NCBI GenBank assembly: GCA_963727525.1
Contig: CAVSGO010000007.1
Location: 2,208,001-2,272,000, forward strand
Reading direction: 5' to 3'
DNA: 64,000 nucleotides
Source: an uncultured bacterium
Lineage (GTDB): Bacteria; Krumholzibacteriota; Krumholzibacteriia; LZORAL124-64-63
Positions within the stretch are counted from its first letter, which is position 1. Each line of letters starts with the position of its first letter. This document shows positions 40,379-49,879 of this stretch, one piece after another. The notes under the pieces are model-generated. The model ran no database searches, was not told where the DNA came from, and saw nothing but the letters and a program-made list of their open reading frames with translations. The position numbers and the translations under genes were made by a program.

Positions 40379-43177
40379 CTACTGCGCGGCTTTGCGGGCG
40401 CGCGGGGTGAGAGCGGCCGTGACCGCCGCGGCAAGGGCCGCCAGTCCCTTCGCGTGTTCGGTCCCCAGATGCACGTGCATCACGCGGCGACCGCCATCGC
40501 GCAGGCTACGGCGATCGCCCAGGCCCTGCATCAGGCGCAGCCGACCGAAGTCGTAGTCCTGTCCCAGCACGGCCACGCGGGCCTTCCCGTCTTCGGTGAT
40601 CAACAGGAACCGGCCGTGGTTCGTCCCGCCCTTGTGGTACTGCCCCGTCGAATGCAGGTAGCGCGGGCCATAGCCAACCGTGGTGGCTACGCCGAGGCGG
40701 TCGCGCAGGGTCGTTCGCAAGCGCTGAAGCATCGCCGTGGTGGCGTCGTCCTCGGTGACGTAGGCCAGAATCGCCAAGTAGTCGCCGGATTCGCACCCGG
40801 CGAGGAATTCGCGCAGCGCGGCCGCATCAGGCACTCCGCCGAGATCGTCGGTCGCCGGCGGCCGACCGGCGGCCAGCAGATTGCGTGTGTTCTGCTTCGC
40901 CGATTCCACATCGGGTTGGTCGAAAGGATCGAGGTCGAGCACCGCGCCGGCCACGGCCGTGGCGATTTCCCAGCGCATGAACTCCTGACCCAGATCCAGG
41001 AGATCGTCGAGCTGGATCGTCACCACGGGTTGCCCCGCCTCGCGCAGCGCCGACACGCTACGATCAAGTGCGCCCTCCGCCTCGCCCAGCACGCGCAGGT
41101 GCACGAAGAGCCGGTCATCGCCGTACACCTCGGGCGGCCCCACCGGCTCTGCGGCCACCGGCAGCAGGCCACGGCCGCGCTTGCCCGTGCTCTCGGCCAG
41201 GAGCTGCTCCAGCCACATCGCCAGCGGCGCCACGACCGGCGGCGCCAGGAACGTGATCTTGTCGCGACCACCGCGCCCGGCTTCGCCGAGCACGGCGCCG
41301 AGCCATACACCGGGGTTGTCCCGAGCCGCCACCTCGGCGCGCGAGGCATGCGCCATGCGCAGCGCTCGCGCCAGGATCTCGTCCACGGCGACACCGGCCA
41401 GCGCGGCCGGCACCAGCCCGAACCAGGTGAGTGCGGAGTAGCGGCCCCCGATGTCGGCGAAGTTCACGAACGCGCGCCGCACGCCGCGCTCCCGCGCCAG
41501 AGCCACAAGAGGCGTACCGGGATCTGTGATCACCACGAAATGCTCGCCGGCCGCATCGCCGCGCGCGGCGCGCAACAGCGCCCAGAAGTGATCGAAGAGG
41601 GCCCGCGGTTCGGTGGTCGTGCCAGACTTGCTGGCCACGATGAAGAGAGTGTGGTCCAGGGGAAGCTCTTGCGTCAGGCGGGCCACGGTGTCGGGGTCGG
41701 TGGTGTCGACCACGGTGAGCGATCCATCGCCGAGCGTGCGCTGGAACACGAGGGCCGCCAGGCTGCTGCCGCCCATCCCCAGATGTACCACGTGGGTGAA
41801 GCCCGCATCGCGCACCTCGCGCGCGAAGACGGCCAGATCGACGAGCCGCCCCACCATCGCGGCCGGGGCGCCGAGCCAGCCGAGCGACGCCTCCACCTGG
41901 CGGACAGTCTCCCGATCATCGCTCCACAGGCTGCCATCGCGTCGCCACAGCCGCGTGGCGAAGTCGTCCTCGTCGAGCCGGGCCAGGCGCGCCGTCACGT
42001 TCGTCTGCAGCGGTCCCAGGCTGGCGGCCGTACGGTCCACCGGCTCGGCGATCGCCGCGTCGCGGCGCGCGGCCAGTTCCTGCATCACCGTGTCGAATGG
42101 TTTCTCGAACTTGACGATCCCCTCGTCCTCGAGCTGCGCCGTCACCGCATCGATGTCGATACCCACGGTCGCCAGCTCGGCGACCACCTGGCGTGGCGAG
42201 CGCTCCGGTTCCGCGAGCAAGCGTGCCTCGGGCCGTCCGTGATCGCGGTACGCGTCGAGGGTGCCGCGCGGGAGGGTGTTGACGGTCTGCGGGCCGACGA
42301 GGGCCTCGACGTACTTCACGTCGCTGTAGTCGGGATTCTTCGTGCTCGTGCTGGCCCAGAGCACCTGTTGCGGACGCGCCCCGCGCTCACGTAACTCGGC
42401 GAAGCGCGGACCGTCGAAGACTTCACGATACGTGGCGTAGGCGAGTTGCGCGCTGGCGATGGCCACCTGGCCGCGCAACCGGGCGATGATGGTGGCGCCG
42501 TAGCGGTCGGCCTGCACGCGTTCCGCGAGCAGCCTGTCCACCAGCACGTCGATGCGGCTGAGGAAGAAACTGGCCACCGAAGCCACGCGCTCCACGCTGG
42601 CGCCCGCGGCAAACCTTTGCTCCAGCCCGGCCAGATAAGCTTCCACGACCTCACGATAGCGCCCGAGCGAAAAGAGCAGCGTGACGTTGACGTTGATGCC
42701 CTCGCTGATCAAGCGCGTGATGGCCGGCAGCCCCTCGCGCGTGCCCGGCACCTTGATGAACACGTTGGGCCGATCCACGGCGCGCCACAGCGTCCGCGCC
42801 TGGTCCAGCGTGCCGGCCGTATCACGCGCAAGGTGGGGATCGACCTCGAGGCTCACGAAGCCGTGGTGGCCGTCCGACGCGTTGTGCAGCGCCAGGAAGG
42901 CGTCGGCCGCGCCGCGCACGTCGGCCACGGTGAGTTTCCGGTAGATCGCGGCAGGGTCGTGTCCGGCGAGGGCGAGCGCGCGGATGGCCGCGTCATACTC
43001 GTGCCCAGCGTCGATGGCCTTGGTGAAGATGGCGGGATTGGAGGTCAGCCCGCGCAGGCCATCCTCCTCGATGAGCCGCCGCAGCTCGCCGCTGACGATC
43101 ATCTCGCGACGGATGTCGTCGAGCCAGATGCTCTGTCCGAATTCTGCCAGCGCTCGCAAGGGATTGCGGGCCGTCAT
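40379..43177 (-). CDS. tal-pgi: bifunctional transaldolase / glucose-6-phosphate isomerase
   Basis: GQSIWLDD, TSNPAIF, FIKVPGT, WASTSTKN (Tal). GMGGSSL, ASKSGTT, IGGRYSAL, EQLLAESTGK, PFDQPDVE (Pgi-like). Confidence 0.93.
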   Translation of the reverse strand: MTARNPLRALAEFGQSIWLDDIRREMIVSGELRRLIEEDGLRGLTSNPAIFTKAIDAGHEYDAAIRALALAGHDPAAIYRKLTVADVRGAADAFLALHNASDGHHGFVSLEVDPHLARDTAGTLDQARTLWRAVDRPNVFIKVPGTREGLPAITRLISEGINVNVTLLFSLGRYREVVEAYLAGLEQRFAAGASVERVASVASFFLSRIDVLVDRLLAERVQADRYGATIIARLRGQVAIASAQLAYATYREVFDGPRFAELRERGARPQQVLWASTSTKNPDYSDVKYVEALVGPQTVNTLPRGTLDAYRDHGRPEARLLAEPERSPRQVVAELATVGIDIDAVTAQLEDEGIVKFEKPFDTVMQELAARRDAAIAEPVDRTAASLGPLQTNVTARLARLDEDDFATRLWRRDGSLWSDDRETVRQVEASLGWLGAPAAMVGRLVDLAVFAREVRDAGFTHVVHLGMGGSSLAALVFQRTLGDGSLTVVDTTDPDTVARLTQELPLDHTLFIVASKSGTTTEPRALFDHFWALLRAARGDAAGEHFVVITDPGTPLVALARERGVRRAFVNFADIGGRYSALTWFGLVPAALAGVAVDEILARALRMAHASRAEVAARDNPGVWLGAVLGEAGRGGRDKITFLAPPVVAPLAMWLEQLLAESTGKRGRGLLPVAAEPVGPPEVYGDDRLFVHLRVLGEAEGALDRSVSALREAGQPVVTIQLDDLLDLGQEFMRWEIATAVAGAVLDLDPFDQPDVESAKQNTRNLLAAGRPPATDDLGGVPDAAALREFLAGCESGDYLAILAYVTEDDATTAMLQRLRTTLRDRLGVATTVGYGPRYLHSTGQYHKGGTNHGRFLLITEDGKARVAVLGQDYDFGRLRLMQGLGDRRSLRDGGRRVMHVHLGTEHAKGLAALAAAVTAALTPRARKAAQ

Positions 43178-43181
43178 GGCG

Positions 43182-43631
43182 TCACCTCCGATGTTCCAGG
43201 GCCGTGAGCTTCGCGAGGCGGCGCAGATGGCGTTCGCCGCCCGCGAAGCGGGCCGAGAGGAAAATCTGGGCGAGGTCGCGCGCCAACGCCACGGCCAGCA
43301 CGCGTCCTCCCAGGCACATGATGTTCATATCGTCATGCTCCACGCCCTGATGGGCGGAGTAGACGTCGGTGATGAGGGCGGCGCGCACGCCGGCCACCTT
43401 GTTGGCCGCGATGGCGGCGCCCACGCCGCTGCCGCACACGGCGATGCCCCGCGCCACGTCACCGCGCACCACGGCGCGGGCCAGGGGGACGACGACATCC
43501 GGATAGTCATCGTCCAGCGCCAGCACCACGGCGCCGTAGTCCACGATCTCGTGGCCCACCTCCGTAAGAAACCGGACGAGCTGTTCCTTCAGCGGGAACC
43601 CACCGTGGTCCGCGGCCAGGCCGACGCGCAT
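43182..43631 (-). CDS. rpiB: ribose-5-phosphate isomerase B
   Basis: AADHGG, DDYPD, CGSGVG, ANKVAGVRA, EHDDMN, RHLRR. Start 43631 overlaps the tkt stop. Confidence 0.95.
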   Translation of the reverse strand: MRVGLAADHGGFPLKEQLVRFLTEVGHEIVDYGAVVLALDDDYPDVVVPLARAVVRGDVARGIAVCGSGVGAAIAANKVAGVRAALITDVYSAHQGVEHDDMNIMCLGGRVLAVALARDLAQIFLSARFAGGERHLRRLAKLTALEHRR

Positions 43632-45478
43632 CACACGATCTCCCGCACGCGCGCCACGATCGCGGTTCGTGAGATGCCCTCGTAGTCGAGCAGCTCGTCC
43701 GGCTTGCCGCTGCGCGGCTTCTGCCTCACGGCCAGCGAGTACACGGGTGCCGCGTTGCCCACGGCCTCGCGCACCGCGTCGGCCATGCCGCCCTCGGGGT
43801 AGTGGTCTTCCACCACCAGGATGTTGCCGGTCTGGTGCGCCGACTGCGTGAGCGTGGCCACGTCCACCGGTTTGACGCTGTAGAGATCGATCACCCTCGT
43901 CGTGATGCCGACCTGCAGCAGGTCGTTGTGCGCCTTCAGGGCCTCGTGCAGCGTGATGCCGGCGGCGACGATGGTCAAATGGTCGTCGGCGCTCTCGGCC
44001 AGCACCTTGCAGCCGCCCACCGGGAACACCTCGTCGGAGCCGTAGATGATCGGCGTCTTCGCACGCGTCGTGCGCACGTAGACGATGCCTTGATGCTTGA
44101 TGGCCTCCTCGACCAGCCGCTCGGCCGCGTAGGCATCGGCCGGATAGAGTACCACGGAGCCGAGCATGGACCGGAACATCGCCAGGTCCTCGAGCGCCAT
44201 TTGCGACGGGCCATCCTCGCCGATCGACACGCCCGCGTGCGATCCCACGATCTTGAGGTTCGCGTCCGAGTACTGGCTCATGCGGATCTGGTCGTGCGCG
44301 CGGCTCAGAAACGCGGCGAAGGTCGCCACGAACGGCACCTGTCCGCGAATGGCCAGCCCGAGTCCGGCCCCCACCATCGACTGCTCGGCGATGTACATCT
44401 CGAAGAACCGCGACGCGTGGGCCTCGGCGAAAATCTCCGTCATCGTGGAGTTGCCCACCTCGCCATCGAGCGCCACGAGGGCGGGGTAACGCGGGTAGAG
44501 CCGGGCCAGCGCATTGCCGTACGCGGTCCGCGTGGCCACGGCCTTGCCCTTCTCGTAACGCGGCTCCGGCACGGAGGCGATCGCCGCCGATCGCTCCGGC
44601 TCCAGCCCGGCCGGTTTCGGGATCGTGCCCCGCGCCGCCTGGTCGATCTCGCCGAGCCCGGCGATGGCCCGGTCGCACTGTTCCTGGTCGAGCGCCTTGC
44701 CATGGAAGCCGTTGCGGTCGGCCACTTCCGGCACACCCTGCCCCTTGATGGTCCGCGCGATGATCATGATCGGCTTATCAGCCACCGACGCCACACGCTC
44801 GTACGCCGCCGTCACCTCGCCGAGGTCGTGTCCGTCGACGACGATGGTTTCCCAGCCGAACGCTGCGGCGCGGCGCTCGTAGGCCGCCAGATCGTGCCCA
44901 TGCATCGTCTCGCCGCGCTGGCCGAGTCGATTCACGTCGAGCACGCCCACGAGATTGCCGAGCCCGTAATGCGCGGCCAGTTCCATGGCTTCCCACTGCG
45001 ACCCTTCGGCCATCTCGCTGTCTCCAAGCAGCACATAGGTGCGATAGGGCAGCTTGTCGAGATAGCGCGCGTTGAGCGCCATGCCCAGACCGATGGCCAG
45101 ACCCTGCCCGAGCGAACCTGTGGCCGCCTCGGTGTACCGGAACGCGCGCGTCGGATGACCCTCCAGCGGACTGCCGAACTGCCGGTATGTGCCCATCTGC
45201 TCCGGCGTGACGCGATCGGCCGCGAGCCACAGGGCGTAGAACAGCGGCGATGCGTGACCTTTCGAGAAGATGAGGCGATCATTGTTGGGATGCTCGGGGT
45301 GATCGAGATCATAGCGGAACGTGCCACCGAACATCAGCCCCACCATCAATTCCACGGCCGACAGCGACGACGTCGGGTGGCCGCTGCCCGCCTTGGTCGT
45401 CGCGGTGATGATGTGATAGCGAACGAGCGCGGAAAGCTTCTGCAGTTCGACAATGCGGGCAGGATCGTTCACAGCCAT
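43631..45478 (-). CDS. tkt: transketolase (short, mammalian-like 615-aa type)
   Basis: GSGHPTSSLS, FSKGHASP, TGSLGQG, TPP motif GDSEMAEG...N, IAEQSMV, IGEDGPSQM. Confidence 0.95.
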   Translation of the reverse strand: MAVNDPARIVELQKLSALVRYHIITATTKAGSGHPTSSLSAVELMVGLMFGGTFRYDLDHPEHPNNDRLIFSKGHASPLFYALWLAADRVTPEQMGTYRQFGSPLEGHPTRAFRYTEAATGSLGQGLAIGLGMALNARYLDKLPYRTYVLLGDSEMAEGSQWEAMELAAHYGLGNLVGVLDVNRLGQRGETMHGHDLAAYERRAAAFGWETIVVDGHDLGEVTAAYERVASVADKPIMIIARTIKGQGVPEVADRNGFHGKALDQEQCDRAIAGLGEIDQAARGTIPKPAGLEPERSAAIASVPEPRYEKGKAVATRTAYGNALARLYPRYPALVALDGEVGNSTMTEIFAEAHASRFFEMYIAEQSMVGAGLGLAIRGQVPFVATFAAFLSRAHDQIRMSQYSDANLKIVGSHAGVSIGEDGPSQMALEDLAMFRSMLGSVVLYPADAYAAERLVEEAIKHQGIVYVRTTRAKTPIIYGSDEVFPVGGCKVLAESADDHLTIVAAGITLHEALKAHNDLLQVGITTRVIDLYSVKPVDVATLTQSAHQTGNILVVEDHYPEGGMADAVREAVGNAAPVYSLAVRQKPRSGKPDELLDYEGISRTAIVARVREIV

Positions 45479-45664
45479 GACGTGATACCTCCAGGAACGA
45501 GAACGCCTCGCGTTTCGTCGAGGTCAGCGTCGGCGAGGGCGTGCGTTTGCAGGCAACGTAACGGCGGTCGCGGGAACCGGCAACGCGAGGCCCGGCGGCG
45601 TTGACGCGCGTGCGAACCACGACTAGCGTGGGTGCGGATTTGCACTCGAGAAAGGATATCGCCG

Positions 45665-46324
45665 ATGGATTTTCAGGCGACCGTGCTGCATATGGAGTTC
45701 GTCACCCACAACGTGATGAGCTTCATTCTCAGCAAGCCCGCGGGCTTCACCTTCGTGCCCGGCCAGGGCATCGATCTCGCCGTCGACCGTCCCAACTGGC
45801 GCGAGGAGATTCGCCCCTTCTCCATGACATCGCTGCCCGAGGACCACGTCCTCGAGTTCATCATCAAGGACTACCCGGAGCGCCACGGTGTGACCGAGCG
45901 CATGACGCTTCTGAAACCAGGCGACCATGTCCTGCTGGGGCAGCCCTTCGGCTCCCTGGTGTACCGGGGTAAGGGCACGTTCATCGCCGGCGGCACCGGT
46001 ATCACGCCGATGCTAGCGATCCTGCGCGACATGGCCCGTCGCGGCGAGATCGACGGCCAGCAGTTGATCTTCACCAACCACGCGCCCCGCGACATCATCG
46101 CCGAACGCGAACTCCAGCATTACCTGGGTGACCGCTGCGTGCTCACGTGCACGCAGGTCGAGGCGCCCGGCTATCGGCATGGTCGGGTCGACCAGGACCT
46201 GTTGCAGGAGACGATCGCGGATCTCGGCCAGTATTTCTACGTGTGCGGTCCACCTGGCTTCACCAAGGACGTACGCCGCGCCCTGCTCGCGCTGGGCGCT
46301 GCCGCCGACCACATCCTGATCTAG
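45665..46324 (+). CDS. FAD-binding oxidoreductase (ferredoxin/flavodoxin reductase family)
   Basis: FVPGQ, RPFS, GVTE, IAGGTGITP, YVCGPP. Confidence 0.9.
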   Translation: MDFQATVLHMEFVTHNVMSFILSKPAGFTFVPGQGIDLAVDRPNWREEIRPFSMTSLPEDHVLEFIIKDYPERHGVTERMTLLKPGDHVLLGQPFGSLVYRGKGTFIAGGTGITPMLAILRDMARRGEIDGQQLIFTNHAPRDIIAERELQHYLGDRCVLTCTQVEAPGYRHGRVDQDLLQETIADLGQYFYVCGPPGFTKDVRRALLALGAAADHILI

Positions 46325-46623
46325 ACCATCGCCTCCACGGGCACGAGAAACGCGCGGATCGGATGATCCGAGTGTTCGCTCTCGCCAATCCGCCGGATCT
46401 CGGCGACGATCGCCGCGGCCGCGTCGTCGGCGATGATGGCGAAGCACAGCGTGCCGTAGGACGGGATCTCGTCCGGCGTCGCGAACCAGCCGAACTTGGC
46501 CACGGTCTGTGGCGTGTGTCCGACGATCTGCGCTTCGCTGTAGATCTGCACGTTGTGCCTCTTCATGAGTTCACGGATGCGATCACGGTCTTCTTGCAGG
46601 CTCATGACCCCGACCAGTTTCAT
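46321..46623 (-). CDS. hypothetical P-II/GlnB-like protein
   Basis: 100 aa with a GlnB-like pattern (MKLV..., IVGH, AFLVPVE end). Lacks the canonical P-II T-loop signature. Confidence 0.6.
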   Translation of the reverse strand: MKLVGVMSLQEDRDRIRELMKRHNVQIYSEAQIVGHTPQTVAKFGWFATPDEIPSYGTLCFAIIADDAAAAIVAEIRRIGESEHSDHPIRAFLVPVEAMV

Positions 46624-46765
46624 GAGTGGCGTCCTTTCTGTACGGGACAACGATAGTTCAGGATCTATATATAAATAATTGCGAACAATTGCAACAAAGC
46701 AGGCCGCGCCTGGCCCGTATCCACGTCATGCCATTGACCAGTAGTAACTTATGGAATATATGGAC

Positions 46766-46794
46766 GGGGCCGCCCACCTGAGGCGGGCGGCCCC
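46766..46794 (-). terminator. hairpin directly after the 46801-47436 gene
   Basis: GGGGCCGCCC-ACCTGAGGC-GGGCGGCCCC, followed on the minus strand by AT-rich sequence. Confidence 0.55.
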
Positions 46795-46800
46795 TTGCGG

Positions 46801-47436
46801 TCACTGGAACATCGTCTTCACGGCGCCCCAGGTCGCCGGCTCCGTGGCGACGGTGGTCGAGATCACCATGTGGTCGAAGACCCAGCCGATCGGTTCGGCG
46901 AAGCTGTCGTTGATGGTGCAGTAGAAGCTGGTCAACCCCGTGTAGTCGTAGGTCCCCACGGCATCGAGGATGTCGAGCGAGGCGAGCGTGTCGCCGGTGT
47001 ACCCTACCTGGTAGTTGAGAGTGAAGTACGGCGCGATGCCGCCCGGAACGTCCAGTGGCAACTCCCCCGGGAAGTCGACACCCGTGCTCGAGAGGAAGAA
47101 GCCATCGACGGCCGGATCGTTGTTGCGCATCACGAAGTACGGCGTCTGGCCCGCGGGGAAGGGATCCTGCAGTCCCGCCGTCGCCGGTCCGATCACGAGC
47201 GAGAACGAGGCCTGATCGATGACATAGCCGCGCGTGGGATAGGTGGAACTGTCGACGTAGTTGGCCGTGTCGAGCTGGAACGAGATGACGACGGGATCGC
47301 CGGGGCTGACGGTGCCGAACTCGCCACTGTTCACCTGGTTGTATTCCACGTCGCCGAACACCTCCACCTGGACGGTGTCCGCGAGTAGCGGAGCCGCGAC
47401 GAGCGCGACGAGCAAGAACGCAATCACCAGTTTCAT
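46801..47436 (-). CDS. secreted acidic beta-rich protein with TWG C-terminal motif (211 aa)
   Basis: MKLVIAFLLVALVAAPLLA signal after AGGAGG, ends TVATEPATWGAVKTMFQ*. Confidence 0.82.
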   Translation of the reverse strand: MKLVIAFLLVALVAAPLLADTVQVEVFGDVEYNQVNSGEFGTVSPGDPVVISFQLDTANYVDSSTYPTRGYVIDQASFSLVIGPATAGLQDPFPAGQTPYFVMRNNDPAVDGFFLSSTGVDFPGELPLDVPGGIAPYFTLNYQVGYTGDTLASLDILDAVGTYDYTGLTSFYCTINDSFAEPIGWVFDHMVISTTVATEPATWGAVKTMFQ

Positions 47437-47534
47437 GAAAAATCCTCCTGTCCATGGGAGCAGCGATAATCTGGACCGGCCCAGTATACGCTCACCATGG
47501 TCGCCGATACGAGCCCTATCGCCCGAACGTGCAC

Positions 47535-47564
47535 TTGACAAACCAGACATCCGTCTGTTTCCAT
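47535..47564 (+). promoter_or_regulatory. lexA promoter with candidate LexA operator CAGAC-ATCC-GTCTG
   Basis: TTGACA (47535-40), 18 nt, TTCCAT. The palindrome AGAC-N4-GTCT at 47545-47556 sits in the spacer. Confidence 0.7.
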
Positions 47565-47586
47565 GTGACGATGGAAAGGAGTCCTC

Positions 47587-48204
47587 ATGGCCCACACCCC
47601 TGCCGGTGAGACCCGCCGCGAGGTGCTCGACTTCGTGCGCCGGCGCATCCTCGCCGGCCAGCCGCCCACCACACGCGAGGTGCAGCAACACTTCGGCTTC
47701 AAGGCCGTGCAGTCGGCGCGCCAGCACCTGGAGACACTGGTGACCGAGGGTAAGCTCACCAAGCAGCCCGGACGCGCCCGCGGCTACGGCCTGCCCGCCG
47801 GCACCACTGGTCCGACCGGCCCACCGCGTCTCGTACCCATCCTCGGCCGCGTGCAGGCCGGCGCCCTCTCCGAGGCCATCGAGGCGCCCGAGGGCTACCT
47901 GCCCGTGAGCGGTCGGCCGGCCGACGAACCACTCTTCGCCCTCGCCGTACGCGGCGAGAGCATGAGCGGCGCGGGCATCCTGCCCGGCGACCTCATCGTG
48001 GTCCGCCAGCAGGAGAAGGCGGACGACGGTACCATCGTCGTCGCACTCGTCGGGGACGAGGCGACCGTCAAGCGCCTGCACCACCGCCGCGGCCACATCG
48101 AGTTGCACGCCGAGAACCCAGCCTTCGCCCCCATCGTACCCGAACACGGCGCCGAGGTGCGCGTGCTGGGCGTGGTGGTCGAGGTGCATCGCTGGCTGGA
48201 GTAG
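47587..48204 (+). CDS. lexA: SOS repressor LexA
   Basis: wHTH (PPTTREVQQHFGF...QHLETL), cleavage site VQAG, catalytic Ser GESM and Lys ATVKR. Confidence 0.95.
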   Translation: MAHTPAGETRREVLDFVRRRILAGQPPTTREVQQHFGFKAVQSARQHLETLVTEGKLTKQPGRARGYGLPAGTTGPTGPPRLVPILGRVQAGALSEAIEAPEGYLPVSGRPADEPLFALAVRGESMSGAGILPGDLIVVRQQEKADDGTIVVALVGDEATVKRLHHRRGHIELHAENPAFAPIVPEHGAEVRVLGVVVEVHRWLE

Positions 48205-48213
48205 GGCCCGTAC

Positions 48214-48867
48214 CTATCGCCCGCCGGGGCTGAATTGCAGCCCCACGGTGAAGACCGTGTCGATCTGGGTCTGGTCCTGGGTCCGGGCACCGGCGAACTC
48301 GTAGTATAGCGTGTGGAGATAGGCGTCGAGATCGGCTCGCAGCGCCACGGTCTGGTTCAGAGGTATCCAACCGCCGAGCCCGATCACGCCGGTCGCGATG
48401 GTGCCGCCGTCGATCAACTCGTTGTAGGTCGTCCCCTGGAACCCGAAGCCGCCGTGTAGCAGGAGCCGCCGCTCGGGTCCGAGTCCGATCGCGATCTGCG
48501 CCGAACCATAGAAAAGGTTGGCGTCGATGGAACCGGCCGACTCACCCGCAATCGCGCCGTCGAGCGACGAACCGAAGTAGGCGCCGGCCGCCTCGAGCGC
48601 CACGCTGTCGTTCAACCAGATCGAGATCCGTCCGCCGAAGCCAAGACCATTGGCGAACTTGGCCGTCGCGCCGCCCTCGTCGACGGCATTCGCGAGCGGG
48701 TTGAAATATGCCAATCCGGGCGTGAGGTCGACGCGCGTCGCCGCCTGCGCAGTAGGAGTGGTGAGTGCGGCCATGGCCACGATCAGTGCCACGACCAGGG
48801 CCACGGAACCGCGCAACGGCGGAACCCGCAGCATCGCGCTCGAGATCGGATCGTCTCGTCGGAACAT
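48214..48867 (-). CDS. outer-membrane beta-barrel protein (OmpA-membrane-domain-like)
   Basis: Signal peptide, alternating amphipathic strands (GFGGRISIW, VALEA, VALRADL), ends TVGLQFSPGGR. Confidence 0.7.
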   Translation of the reverse strand: MFRRDDPISSAMLRVPPLRGSVALVVALIVAMAALTTPTAQAATRVDLTPGLAYFNPLANAVDEGGATAKFANGLGFGGRISIWLNDSVALEAAGAYFGSSLDGAIAGESAGSIDANLFYGSAQIAIGLGPERRLLLHGGFGFQGTTYNELIDGGTIATGVIGLGGWIPLNQTVALRADLDAYLHTLYYEFAGARTQDQTQIDTVFTVGLQFSPGGR

Positions 48868-49051
48868 GGATAAGTCTCCCGTGAACGTGTACGCACGGTC
48901 CCCCGCACGGGGCCGTTTGGAACAGACGCACGGGAATGCCTTCAATCCGATCACCCTGTTCTTCGCGGCACCCGCGGGCGCCAGCGAAACGACGCGCGTG
49001 GCGATATCCTGTCCGGGCATTCGCGTCGAGCCCTCATACCCGGGAGTTCCG

Positions 49052-49804
49052 ATGTTCCATCCCGCACGCATCCTGGCCGCTCTCATCCTCGTGACGATCG
49101 TCGGCGGCGCGCAGGCTGGTCCTCCATTTCGCACCGACGATCCCGAGCCCGTGCCGTACCGCCACTGGGAGTTCTATCTCGCATCGACGGGCGGGACCGA
49201 CGCGGGCGGCTCGGCATTCACCGCGCCCCATTTCGAGGCCAACTACGGCCCGGTTCCGGGCGTGCAGATCCACATGATCGCCCCCCTGATGTCCGTGCGC
49301 CCGGACGGCGCGCCCTCGCACTTCGGCTTCGGCGACATGGAACTCGGTGCCAAGCTCCGCTTCCTGCAGGAAACCGACGGCCGGCCGCAGGTCGGCGTCT
49401 TCCCTCTCGTGCTCGTCCCGACGGGTTCCACCGGGAAGGGGTTGGGCAGCGGCGAGACGGAGGTCTACGTGCCCGTGTGGATCCAGAAAGACATTGGCGC
49501 GTGGACCACCTACGGCGGCGGTGGCGTGTGGTTCAACGGCGGCGAAGGCAACCAGGATTCATACTTCGTCGGCTGGGAGGCGCAGCGCGCGGTGTCCTCG
49601 ACGATCACGCTCGGCGGCGAGGTGTTCCACGAGACCGCCGCGGAAAAGGACGGCCGCGCCAGCACGGGCTTCACGCTCGGCACGGTCATCGACTTCAGCG
49701 AACTCCACCATCTCCTGCTCTCCGCGGGCCGCGCCATCTCCGGGCCCAACGAATTCTCGTTCTTCGTGGGATATCAGATCACGGTCGGGCCCGGGTCTGG
49801 CTGA
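49052..49804 (+). CDS. putative outer-membrane channel (COG4313/phenol-MetA-like)
   Basis: AGPPFRTDDPEP...EANYG...GFGDMELGAKLRF...HLLLSAGR. ATG 49052 after GGGAG. Confidence 0.75.
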   Translation: MFHPARILAALILVTIVGGAQAGPPFRTDDPEPVPYRHWEFYLASTGGTDAGGSAFTAPHFEANYGPVPGVQIHMIAPLMSVRPDGAPSHFGFGDMELGAKLRFLQETDGRPQVGVFPLVLVPTGSTGKGLGSGETEVYVPVWIQKDIGAWTTYGGGGVWFNGGEGNQDSYFVGWEAQRAVSSTITLGGEVFHETAAEKDGRASTGFTLGTVIDFSELHHLLLSAGRAISGPNEFSFFVGYQITVGPGSG

Positions 49805-49879
49805 CCCAGTGGTGCCGGCACCAGTGCCGTACGGCGTGGACTTGCGCCGGCGTAAGTCCCGGCGACCCGGCGTGCGCGC

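Noticed and set aside
47484-47510. GCCGATAC as a sigma28 -10 upstream of lexA
   Set aside because: No TAAA/TCAA-like -35 at 15-nt spacing, and a better sigma70 promoter lies downstream.
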